Source of the DNA: Entomortierella parvispora E1425
Taxonomy: Eukaryota; Fungi; Mortierellomycota
Direction of reading: 5' to 3'
Length of the DNA stretch: 64,000 nucleotides
Assembly: GCA_020891255.1 (NCBI GenBank)
Contig: BQFW01000015.1
Coordinates: forward strand, 310,001-374,000
In this document: positions 23,806-35,140 of the stretch, one piece after another
How positions within the stretch are numbered: the stretch's first letter is position 1
Layout: each line of letters begins with the position of its first letter
Notes under the pieces: generated by a model
Told to the model about the DNA's origin: nothing
What the model saw: only the letters and a program-made list of their open reading frames with translations
Database searches by the model: none
Made by a program: the position numbers and the translations under genes

Positions 23806-26532
23806 TTAAGCAGCAGTCTTGATGGTGACGGTCTTAAGGTCAAAGATCTCGTAGTTCTTGGGGTACTCGTCCTTGGTGAACTTGTACTGGGAGGCGACCT
23901 CGATGCGGTAGGTACCCGAGGGCAAAAGGGTAGGAACGACCTGGGTGGCAGAGGAGACGACTTGACCGACCCAAGGGAAGGACCAGACGTTCTCAGAGCC
24001 GTCCGTGTTGGCCAACTTGTTACGGCCACGGGGTCCAATAGCCGCTTCGCCATCGGAGGCGAGGTAGCCGACAAAGGACTTGTCTGAAGCCTTGTAGACG
24101 CGGATGGTGTAGTTGGGAGTGTGCGAGCCCAACTTGGCAGTGACCTCGAACGAAGGGGTCTTGGGGTTGGTAAAGTCAAGGACTTTGACCTTGGGGTAAG
24201 GGGTAATTTTGGAGACCTCACCCTCCGTGTGGGTGAAGGCGGGCCAGCCGTCCTCAACATCCATGATGGGGATCTTGGACACATCACCCTTCAAACCAGT
24301 GTAAGGCACATGGACGGGGATACCGTTCTTGGAGGTAGGCGTGGCGACAACAAAGCCAGAGTAGATGGGCCAGACCTTGGCGTTGCCCTTCTTGGGCTCC
24401 TCAAAGTGCAAAGTGATCTTGGCAGACTTGCCAGCAGGGATCTTGACCTTCTTCTGGGAAAAGACAACCGAGGCAGAATCCGCCTCGATCTGGGGTGTGG
24501 CCAAGGGGTAGGTGTTGTTGCCGGTGTAGGAAACCAAGGCGCTGGCGGGCAAGTGCGAGAACGAGTAGGTCTCGGACTTCTTGCCAGAGTTCTTGATCGT
24601 GATCTTGACTTTCTTGTTCATGCGGACAGAGTCCAAGAGATCAATGTGATCGGGGGTAATAGAGGAGGTAGTCAAAACAGCGTTCAAGACATTGACAAGA
24701 CCAGAGCCCTGCTTGGCAGCAGAGGTAAGGGTAGAGACACCGATATCCTTGGAGATGGTGGCGGTGTTCTTGAAGGCCTTGCGGATAACGTCTCCATGGG
24801 GCTTGGCATGCTTGGCCTGCATGTACAAAGCATGAGCACCAGCAACATAAGGAGTGGCCATCGAAGTACCCGACAAAACAGCGTACGAACCCTTAGCAGT
24901 AGGGTAGGTCGACAAGATGGCACCGCCAGGGGCTCCAAGATCAGGCTTGGAGCGAAGATCGCCATCCAAACCATAGGAGGAGAAGCCTGAGGGGAATCCA
25001 CCGCCCTCGACCTGGATGCTTTCAACCTTGGTGCTCCAAGTCAGAGTCTGCTTGGAGTCCTTCTTCCAGGCAGCCAAAAGGTCATTACCGGCCTTGTTCT
25101 CAATGGAGGCCATGGGGAAACCAGGGGCACCGCCCAAAGAGGCAATGCCAAAGGGGGTGGTCTGGACGACCATACCAGCTGCCTTGGCACCGACAGCGAC
25201 GGTACCACGTCCACCAGATTTGCAGCGGGTAACATCACCGAGGACAAGGACAATCTTCTTTGTGACATCCAAGCCGGCGTAGCGAGCTGGGTCGCATCCA
25301 TCAGAGAGCGAGCCATCGGCCTCAAAGATAGGCTGGATAGGCATAGCAGGGAGATCGATAACCTTTTTGTAGGCCGAAGCGATTCCGTAAGGGTGCTTGA
25401 CTCCGGCAAACGTGTAGGAAGGCAAGAGCTGGAATGCGTTATCAAATGAAGCCACAGAGCTGGAGAGGTCGCCCAGACCGGTGTCAGAGACCATCCAGAC
25501 ACCATCAGATCCATCATTACCACCAGCAGAAGCCAAGGCCATGCCGCGAGCAATCAATTTGTCACCAAGGACGGCCTCAGGGGCGGTCTTGTAGGCAGAA
25601 CCACCACCGAGAGACATGTTGATGACCTACAGTTGAAAAAGAAAAAAAAAGTCTGTCAGTAAAATGAAGCGGTGCTGAGAACCAGGGACATCGCGTTGAA
25701 CGACGCGCCCTATCAGAAGCCATCTTACATCCATGCCGTCGTTGAAAGCCAACTCCATGGCTTGCATGATGATATCGTTGCCAGTCTCACCATCGCATCC
25801 AAAAACACGGTAGGCACCAAAGGTGACCTCAGGGGCGACACCGACGAAAGCAGCTGGAGGGGCGGGGCCCTGCTTGCCGGGGACGATGTGCAGAGCGTTA
25901 CCACCAATAATACCGGCAACGTGAGTACCATGTCCAAAGCAATCCATGGGGTCCGAGTCAGACTTGGGGGTTGACTTTCCATCGTAATGGTCGCCGACAA
26001 AGTCCCAGCCGTGGGTGACACGGCAGTTCTTGCCGTAACGGGCAAAGCATCCCTTGTCAGCGCCCTTAGCGGCAAAGGCTGGGTGCAAGTAATCGATACC
26101 AGTATCGATGACGCCGACCTTGATACCCTTTCCGGTCAGTTTGTACTTGTCATGAAGGACATCCACGCCAGTCATCTTGTGATCCGAGAGAGGCTCCTTG
26201 TCGGTTTTTTTGTGCTGCTTGACCTTGGGGATGCTGTAACGAGCAATGGGCCAGACATTCTTGACACCAGGCAACTTGGCCAAGTCATTGCCACCGTGCT
26301 CAGAGTTGACAGTGATGGCGGCACCGTTGAAGATGCCGTACTCGGAGCGGACCTTGAAGTCAACCTTGTGGCTTCTCAAAGAGTTTTGGAAATCGCGGTG
26401 GTTGGCGTGATCCTCGTACTCGATAATGTAGCCGCCCGAGACGTGTTCGCGGCCTGCGTTGATGGGATGAACCTTGCCAGCTGAGACCAAGGTCGCTGCG
26501 GCAATGACAGAAAGGATAGCGGTGATCTTCAT
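23806..26532 (-). CDS. Secreted S8A subtilase copy E, about 874 aa (most divergent paralog)
   Basis: Exons 26532-25729 and 25626-23806; intron 25728-25627 at the conserved position. Motifs DTGIDY, HGTHVAG and SGTSMATPYVAG. Confidence 0.95.
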
Positions 26533-26635
26533 GTTGAGAAGTGTGTGGGGTTGTCTGTAAAGACTGGAAGGGGTGAGAGAGAGGGAGGGGAGGGAGGGAG
26601 GAGCGAGTGAAGGAGGAAGATGAGGATGAAAGTGA

Positions 26636-26703
26636 GGTCCTAGTTGGCTAGAGAAACAAGAAAAAAAAAGACTTCAAGAACAGCTTGCGCGAGAGTATTT
26701 ATA
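26636..26703 (-). promoter_or_regulatory. Core promoter of subtilase E: TATAAATA plus TAGCCAACTAGGACC motif
   Basis: TATAAATA at 26703-26696 and degenerate motif at 26650-26636. Confidence 0.55.
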
Positions 26704-28771
26704 TTGAACGACCCTTTAGTCTTGCTTTCTCGCACGATCGATCCTTTAATTCATGGAGATGTCGCTCGAAGGACAGGGTAGTGGGAAGATTAATGACCAA
26801 TGGGTTCATGGCCGTTTACCGGGGGTGAATGGGTGGGGCGAGAGCCACGGTAATAATCATCGCATCAGTGCCCTGTGGACGAGACGCGCTCCCTTGGGAA
26901 CTGCATGAGTTTTATTGTACCCCTGTGCCTGTGGGTGAAATCGCCAAAGAAAGCAATTGTAAACCAAAGTTGCGTCGTACCCAGCAAGGCGATTCGTCGT
27001 CTGACCTGAGCCCTGATTTTTTTTGCCCAAGTGAATCCGAGCATTCTCGGCTCAACTGCCCGTGGTGCGTACCGGGGAGAGACGCATCCAAAGAACCCTG
27101 CTCTCATTGTTGATAGTCATGCCGTTTTGGACAGTGGAGGGCTGACTTGAAAATTCAAATAGAAAAAATCGCTCTTGTTTCTTTAAAGTCGTCCATTCAG
27201 TTGAAGCTGCAATTGAGTGCGTAGGGTTTAAACACAATTGATTTTTAGTTTTCACGAGCGGCAAGGGAGGCGTTGAAGGTTCACCTCTCATTGAAGAGAA
27301 CCTGATCATCTTGTTCACACAACCTTCTTTGTTTATTCTACAGTACAGTATTTTATTTTCAAGAGAAGAAAGCCGTTGGAGATGGCACAAGAGCTCTCAA
27401 TATTTCTTATTCTCGCTTCTAACAGGCCAAGGAGACCCTCTTGTCCTTGTGCTTGTCTTTGAGAGCAAATTGTTCCCTGTCTCTTTGTTGTGACCAACCA
27501 TCGTGAATTAGGGCGGGATTGAGCCCACCCCTGCACCTTGCAGCCGTTGACACATCGCATCAATAATATTTCAAGACCCGTTTTGCTGCTGGAGGGGAAG
27601 GCGAAGTACTGTAGTTCACCGGTTGTAGACCAGACTAGTGCGTCGGTTCTTCGCCTTGGATGCCGGTTTGGCTGCATTCCGGTACCGGGCATGAGTACCT
27701 GCGGAGCAAGGCCGCAGGCAACTTGCACGCGCATGCCTCTCATTTGAGTATCGGCAGTACGGCAGGCATGACTCTGATGAATCAAAGAACACTTGTATGC
27801 TCACTTCCGCGCCTGCAGTCTCACTTGCAGGCCTCTCGCCCTTCCAGGACTTTTCTGCGGACTGGATTCCTCCAAAGAGATGAACCTCGTTCTTCGCCCT
27901 GGCTCACATTGGCAAATGGTCGGTTTGCTCTCCCAGGTCCAGCAAAAACACAAAAAGTACATAGAGGGCGTTTTTTTGGTCTTGATTTTCGTTGCCTCTT
28001 TTGTCCTCCTCTTGGGAAGGTGAGGTGAAAATGGATGAGAGCAACGCCCTCTTCTCTCTTTTATTTCCTCTCCATCTCTCTTTTTATTTGAGTGAGTTGT
28101 GCAGTCAAAAAAGTTCCCACTTGCCCTCTTGGGAACTTTTTTTTTTTTTTTTTTGTCAGAGCTGTAGTTCTAGAAGCCTCGCGCCGCCCTCCTCTTCCTC
28201 CCCATTTTTTTTTTTTTTTTTTTTTTTTTTTGGACATCCTCCAAGCTGCTGGTTTTAATCATTCGCCTTTGTATTAATTACCGTGCTCCAGAGTACAAAT
28301 GTTGCAGTGCCCAGCAGCAGCGGTCCGTGGACATTTTCTTTGCCTGTTTCTGAACGCCCTTGATTCAAAGGCTGCCAGCCGCCGGCTGGCTAATCCGTGT
28401 GTCTCTTCCTGGCGCATCAGGAATTCGAAACCAATCGGGCCAAGGCCTTTTGTCTTCCAAACACACTGTTGCTCACAGCTCAAACACGATAGGCGCTAAT
28501 ATGTAAGCGATAGATTCTATCCCCTCCCCTCAACGACTCCTACAGGTCAACTGCTCGTGTTTGTAAAAGGTGATTTTTTTGGGCGAGACTTCACAACGCG
28601 TCTAAAAAAAAAGATTGCTCAAAGGAACATCACTCATTTCAGACTACACACAATAGGCCACAGAGATATCGTTCTCGAGCAGCGACAGAATAGCCGGCAA
28701 TACTAGGACTGTTGACATTCTAGGTCAATGAGTTGATAATGAACACTTCATTTTATGATAAGTACATCCAG

Positions 28772-30963
28772 CTAGTTGAGCTCGACAGAGGCGTCCTTCA
28801 ACCATTCGCGAATGTTGTCAGACTTGCCCAGCTTGGTTGTCGCGTAGAGGGCGGCCTGGGCCATCAATCCCAAGGCCCTCTTGCTCACATTCTCAAGGGT
28901 ATCACAGCTCTGATGGTAGCAAGGGTCCAATGGCGCGTTGGCAAATCCACCAAAGAGAGTTCGCTGCCTCATGGTCTTCTTCGATCCTGCACCAGTCAGC
29001 AATCCTCCTGATGGGATGCCTTCGAGCAAGAATGGCAAGAAATCACTTCCTCCAGTCATGTCCGTGTACTCGTAACCCTCATGTTCGAAATCAAAGTACT
29101 CGATCAACAGGTTGTCAATCTTGGTCGAGGGTCCCACCAATGCTTCAGGCGCCGTCTTTCCATCGTGAACCTAACATTATCACAGAAATGTTAGACGACA
29201 CTGTAGTCAACAACGAACAATGGAACAAAAGATACAAAAGGTGTGGTTAACTTACATAGGGGACATAGTTGGGACTGGCCAACATGTCAAAGTTCATGTT
29301 CATGGCAATCTGAGCCTTCTTCTTGTCATCCTTGATCAACTCGCGAACATAATGTCTTGAGCCCAAGAGTCCAATCTCTTCAGCTCCCCACCATCCGAAA
29401 ACGATCTTGTTCTCCAAGCGGTAGTTGGCCCGGGCCATAACCAAGGCAATCTCAAGCAAGGAGGATGATCCAGATCCGTTATCGACCATTCCAGGTCCCT
29501 CGGGAACAGAATCCAAATGAGCACCCAAGACAATCGTGTTATCAGCAGATCCAGCCTTGGTTGTGCACAAGACATTGATGGTGCTCTCGACCGTCATGCT
29601 GTTGACAGTCTTCAAGTTCAACACGACATCGTCCTGGTTTTGGATCAAGGTCGAGCCCAACGAGTTGGTGATGGAAAGGACAGGAATCTCAATCAAGGGA
29701 TCACCCTCCTTCCAGGCAGAGATGCGGATCCGCGAGTACAACAAGGCCTTGCGGCTGGGGTTGTTGTAAAAGAGGACTCCGGTGGCTCCAGCCTTCTGAG
29801 CAAGATAAGCAGCATCCCACAGTTCGCAAGGACCTCCCTCCTGAATCACAGCAATCTTGCCCTCAACCTTCTTGTGATCCTTGGGGCTGCATCCATTGTT
29901 ATCGACACTGCGGATAAGCTGCTTCTTGAGGGTCGCTGAGGCACCTCCGTATCTGAAGTCTAGTGCGCCAATATGCAGGGACGGAGAAGGTGACCCACCG
30001 GTTAATTACAAGAGCGGGATTCGAATTGGGAAAAAAAGGGATGGAGTAACTCCATCGGTGCCTGGACTCGCGTGACAGAAAGAGTGTCCAGGGACCGTTT
30101 TTCGGCTATTTCCCACACGAAATTCAGTTTCGTGTTCCCACCCTTATCGGGAGGGCATGGTTGGATTTTCATTCTTTGCTGATCCTTCCAACGAGTCCCT
30201 GTTGGTTTCTGAGTCGTTTCCCTCGTGGGAGCAAGGGAGGACCGCTCAAGAGCAGAGATTGGCTATGTCCTGGTTCAACATGACGAAATGCAGAGAAACT
30301 TACTCTGAAAGTCAACCTTGTTCTGGTACATGATCTGCACTCCCTCGTGACCGATGCCGGAGCTGGTCAACTCCGGTGCCTCCACCTCGGACCACACTGG
30401 GACCTTGAATGTCTGTGTAGAGATGTCGCAGTAATCTGCGGCCACTGTCTTCAGCTGAGTCTGCACATAATCGGCAGAGGCCATGTATCCGTTGGTGACC
30501 GAACGCGAGTTGTTGTGCTTCAACGCGATCGAGTAGAGTTCCTCCAAGTGACCAAAGATAGCAGGCGTGGTCAAGTCGGCTGCCAAAGGTGAGTGCTTGT
30601 TATTTGGTTGATCGTCTAACGTTCAAGTAAAAGCGAACGTTGTCTGGTTAGCAGGCAGAAAAAAAAAGAGGACATCCACGATGCAGTCGAGTCTGGAATA
30701 ATCTTTAACGCCAGTTTGTCGTTACCATGAGGTTTGACAAGATGAATAAGGAGCGCGGCACTGATGCCGATAAAGACAAGGGTCACGATGCCGTATGGAA
30801 GTGCCTTGCGAAGCTTGGATTGCTGGGGGGTATTGGCGTCTAAAGGAACAGAGCGTGGGAGTGTCAGCGGCAGCGACCGTCATTGGTCATTGACCGCGAA
30901 GGAGAATCTTGTCTTACCTCCATTGTTGGAGGGCAACAATGGCTGGGTCTCTCTGTCGGCCAT
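28772..30963 (-). CDS. M28 family aminopeptidase (aminopeptidase Y/Ape3-like, PA domain), type II membrane-anchored, about 524 aa
   Basis: Exons 30963-30918, 30839-30726, 30615-30304, 29959-29256 and 29170-28772. Zn-ligand motifs GAHLDSV, DNGSGS, GAEEIGLLGS, NFDMLASPN and CYHQSCD. N-terminal ETQPLL dileucine motif, then TM segment YGIVTLVFIGISAALLIHLV. Confidence 0.92.
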
Positions 30964-32050
30964 TGTCAATTAGAATGGAGAGTTAGAGTAGAGTGTGGTG
31001 GGTAGGTGGGAGGAGTTCGCGGGTGAATGAATGAGGTGAGGTTACTGAAAGAAAGGAATGAAAGACAATCCTTCTTACCTTCGGCATTCTTTCTTCTCAT
31101 GCCCAACGGCAGACTTAAGGGGCGCTCAGCCCGCATTCCACGCTCTGCACTGCCCCTGAGTTGCTTTAATCCACCTTCGTCTTCGATTCTTCCTCTTTGC
31201 TCCACCTCGCTCCACCTCGTTCCATCGCTACAATAGTCAACATAAACCAACACCACGCTTCAACTATAGGATGACAAAGACATTTACAGGTCTCTCCCTG
31301 CCCTCTCAGTCCTTGCCATCCTCTTTCTGGGCTTGAAGTGCGTTGCCAGCGACAGCGCCATCACTCAGCATTGCTTGAGAACTATAAAGTGCTTTGATGC
31401 GTTCAGAAAATGGAGTCAGGAAGCACACAGCAAGAACCCCGTCACCACTGGCGATAGGGTGGCTAGTTCAGAGCAAAGTGTGGTTCATAGTTGGATTGCA
31501 ATGCATACCACGGTGTGTGAGGGAAGCGCCCGTCGGAGGTGATATCAGTCGTTTGAGAACAGATCTCTAGCAGCCGTAAGAAGTGTGGATCTAGAATGGG
31601 GTCTAGTGTCGTGTGGGGTGTAGATGTGCGAGGTAAAAACATGTACTCTGTCTTTGCATTGTCAACACTTGACTTGGAGTGCGGTGCCGACGTTTCTCAT
31701 GGACACCACCCGCAGTCAGTCCTTTCCTCAGAATTGCAAGATTTAGGCCATTGTGGCGCGTAGAGAAGTGGCGATATCGATGGTCTATGGTCCTGTTACC
31801 AAAAAACCTCGGTAAAGCAAGAAGACTGCAGGCGCAGCATAGAGCCCTTGTCCAGAATAAAAGTTGGGTTCATTGAGAGAGTCTGGAGGCGTAGGATTAC
31901 CGGGTCGAATGTCCGCCTTTCTCCACCGCTATAAAAGAACCATCTTATCCTTCACAATAATCTACATCTCAAGCATCCGCAAGCATCTTCCTTAACAACC
32001 GTCTCATAACTACACTCATCCAAAAAACCACCAGTCAACATCTATTAACA

Positions 32051-32404
32051 ATGGCATCGCTCAAGTCAAGTCTCTTCTTGGTCCTGGTCCTCGCGGGTTT
32101 CCTTTGTCTTTTGCAAACCTCGCAAGCCGTCTGCACCATTGAGCTGCAATCTTCAAGTTCCTCATACCCCGAGGATATCTGCTTTTTCTCCCTGCCCGAC
32201 TGTGGTAGCCTTTTGACGGAGACGGATACCATGGACCCAAAGTATGGATTGCTAGGCATTACGGTCACCCCTATCTCTGTTTCTCGCATGATGTTGAAGG
32301 ATGGGGATACCATGATGGTCAAGGCAGCTCTAGAGCCTTATTTGCAAGGCTGTTATAACATTGCCAAGGGAGCTTTGACTCTCTACGGCAAGGGTAGTGC
32401 ATAG
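32051..32404 (+). CDS. Small secreted 4-Cys protein S1 (117 aa), unknown family
   Basis: Signal peptide ending SQA|VC. TATAAAA at 31930 and AATAAA about 10 bp after the stop. Clear paralogy with S2 and S3. Confidence 0.85.
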   Translation: MASLKSSLFLVLVLAGFLCLLQTSQAVCTIELQSSSSSYPEDICFFSLPDCGSLLTETDTMDPKYGLLGITVTPISVSRMMLKDGDTMMVKAALEPYLQGCYNIAKGALTLYGKGSA

Positions 32405-32740
32405 ACACAAGAAATAAACGGTTTAAGCTCTATTCTCGCCTATCCCCATGCCTCGCATAGGGCTGGGCTGTCGCGGAGGCCAAGGTTGCTATGTGAACCC
32501 TATCCGGGCGGGGTTCAGATATTGCGCCAGAACCCGCTCAGCTCTCAATGTCTTCTTTTGGGCGATGAGAGGCACCTGGACGCAGGCGCAGCTTCACCCG
32601 CTAGAAAGATATAAAAGTACTCCTTCTGCACCGACTTTCTTACAAAAAAACATAGCAATCACCCAGAAACCTTCCATAAACAACCGACCTTGGCTCCATC
32701 TCCGCAAGAAATTCTTCAAGACCACCAAAAAGTTCTCACA

Positions 32741-33127
32741 ATGTCATCTTTCTCGCGTTCTTTCTTCAAGTCTCCTTGGATTGCCTTCTTAGTCGCCGCC
32801 GCGGGATTGTGCATGCTGGCCCAATCGCAAGCTGTCTGTATTATCCAGTCGTCCTATATTCCAAATGGAATGGTTGCTGATACTTGCGCTTACAATCTTC
32901 CGGACTGCTCCACCATCACGAGCGAGACACTCATGTCGAACTACGCCCTCAAAGGTGTCACGGTTCAGGTTGTTACTGTACCAGGAGCAACTGCGTCCCT
33001 TCGCATTGCTATCGCGGGTATGGAGACATACATGGTCAAGGCAGTTCTGGCTCCTCAACTCCTAGGCTGTTATATTAATGGAAAGCCGACCATGACCGTT
33101 TACAACACGAATTCCGCCTCCGCATAA
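32741..33127 (+). CDS. Small secreted 4-Cys protein S2 (128 aa), unknown family
   Basis: ATG at 32741 in acaATG context; signal peptide ending SQA|VC. TATAAAA at 32610 and AATAAA near 33159. Shares LPDC, YxLxGxTV and VKAxLxxxLxGCY with S1. Confidence 0.85.
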   Translation: MSSFSRSFFKSPWIAFLVAAAGLCMLAQSQAVCIIQSSYIPNGMVADTCAYNLPDCSTITSETLMSNYALKGVTVQVVTVPGATASLRIAIAGMETYMVKAVLAPQLLGCYINGKPTMTVYNTNSASA

Positions 33128-33706
33128 AAAAATTGTTCAGTAGTTCAGAACGTCTGCAAATAAACATTCCGTACTCAGCTCAGCTGCTGCAGCCAAAACA
33201 CACTATTGAAATGGGAGGTAACGTCCCTTGCCTCCATTGTCACCCTAGAAGATTCATTACCTTTGCTTTGTCTTTATGGCTGCTTTCTTAGCCATCTACT
33301 CCTTTACATGAGGATAATCCGTGCCAATGCGTCCCCCTTTGAGATTCAGGACGAGAAGGCGAGCAGGAAATTCATAGTTTTTCGATATGTGATTGAGAGG
33401 GTAACCGGCGCGAGAGTTCTTACCAAGGTTCAGTGGAGGCGCGGAAAGTTGACCCCCCTACAAGATGGGAATAGAGTAGAGCACTGGATCCAGGGGGTGC
33501 TGCAGTTCTCTTCTTTGATCGTCACTGAAAGAATGGAGCAAAACGAAAAAAAAAAAAAAAAGAGCCTGGAGGCGTCTTGAGTTGCCTCGACTATAAAAAG
33601 GATCCTGACATTCTTCATGACAAAGTATCATCCTACCCAAGAACATATCAGGTCCTTTCGCCACCACTCAAGCCAACCAACCCACCAGGTCATCAAACTA
33701 TCCACC

Positions 33707-34053
33707 ATGTTTTTTTTCAAGCCAACTCTTTTCTCAGTCTTGGTCCTCCTCGCTGGGTTCCTCTGTCTTCTCCAGTCATCTCAAGCCATCTGCATCATCG
33801 AAACCCAGTGACCTCCGGGGACCTCACCCAGACTTTGGATGACTGTTCCTTCTCCTTCCCAAACTGCAGCAATATCACATCCCAGACTTTGGAAACGACA
33901 TATGGTTTGAGCGGCTTCACGGTTACGCCTGTCCTCCCTTCGCGTGTGACAATCTCGGGCGGAGAGACATTTTTGGTCAAGACGGCGTTGGCCCAATACC
34001 TGTTGGCCTGTTACAACTACAAGGCGGATGCCACAACTATATACGGCCGGTAA
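33707..34053 (+). pseudogene. Small secreted 4-Cys protein S3 with a 1-nt frameshift at about 33804-33808 (pseudogene or homopolymer sequencing error)
   Basis: MFFFKPTLFSVLVLLAGFLCLLQSSQA|ICIIETQ* stops at 33809-33811. Homology continues in another frame (VTSGDLTQTLDDCSFSFPNC...VKTALAQYLLACYNY). One extra C in gaaacccagtg restores the ORF. TATAAAAA at 33592. Confidence 0.82.
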
Positions 34054-35140
34054 AGCACGCGTAGATCCCATCGCGACCTAATAAAACAGGGGTTTAATAC
34101 TACTTCCTTGAAGTTGACAGAAGACCCCAACCAGCGGTGTACATCCATGATGCACGTATTGTTAGCAGGGCGAGCCACGTCCATTCTTCTTTCTTCGTGT
34201 AAAATGGAGACAGCGCCAAACTTGCATCCCATGGTGGTGACCCATCAGGGGTAATTGACCCAAAGAATATAGTCTTGGCAGGAGATTCTGATCGAGCTGG
34301 ACTAGCAATTGCACTTCAACTATACTTGCGGGACTATGTCTAACCTGCAGTCGAACAAACGCTGGTTGTGCCACCAGTTACAATCTTGTTCAGTGAGTCG
34401 TGAAAAAATAATCAGGAGACGCGTCCTCTCTTCTCTCTTCTCTCTTCTTTCTTGATCAAATCATAGGTCTCGACAGAAATTTCCACATCGATGCCTTCTG
34501 CAACCAGCTTACAGTCGTACTGCTATACACTTTCACCTATAGGCCTGGACGAGACCACGATTTACGCCTTCCCAATTTTCAACTTTGCGAGAACTTATCT
34601 CTGTGGGGACTCGAACCTGGCACCCAATGAGCGTGTAGGAGGCATCTTGAATGCAGGTGGTATCGACACCGAGCCCAGCACCCCCCTGTGTCGCCCGTCT
34701 ACATTGCTGCTCTCGATCTGGAGTCCAGTACCTCGTTCGTAAGTCAAGAGCTCCTGCAGCTAAAATTCTTTTTGTTTTCGGTGCTTTCAGCAAGCTGGAA
34801 CGGTCGATCGTCTAGGTGTGATATCCGGCTCAGCCAGCCTATTTGACCCGTGAGAGGAATCCACCGGGGATCAAGAAGGTTCCGAGTTCTCTCTCTCTCC
34901 ACATCCCTGCCCCCGGCTCTCCACTTGTCTGTGCCACACCCGGTCGAGGTGGTGCAATCCATCAGACCTTTCTCTACTGTATTTTTAGGCTCAGAGCTGA
35001 GAGGTGCCACGGGCCACACACCTTCCTTGGAGAAATAATCACGTGATCAACGCACCCTGTGCCATTTGAAGCGCAATCACTCCTTCCATTTCACCACTTC
35101 CCTGCGAACTCACAGTTTTCCGTGTCTGCATTGAGATAAG

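Noticed and set aside
27793-28023. Short ORF with a hydrophobic C-terminus
   Set aside because: Non-ATG start, stop immediately upstream, no splice or homology support.
11783-32504. Shared 12-mer GTGAACCCTATC at 11783 and 32493
   Set aside because: Many 12-mer coincidences are expected by chance in 64 kb. Only the shorter motif pattern is reported, with caveats.
34017-35046. Several short ORFs on both strands after S3
   Set aside because: No recognisable motifs, inconsistent frames, and not a fourth member of the 4-Cys family.
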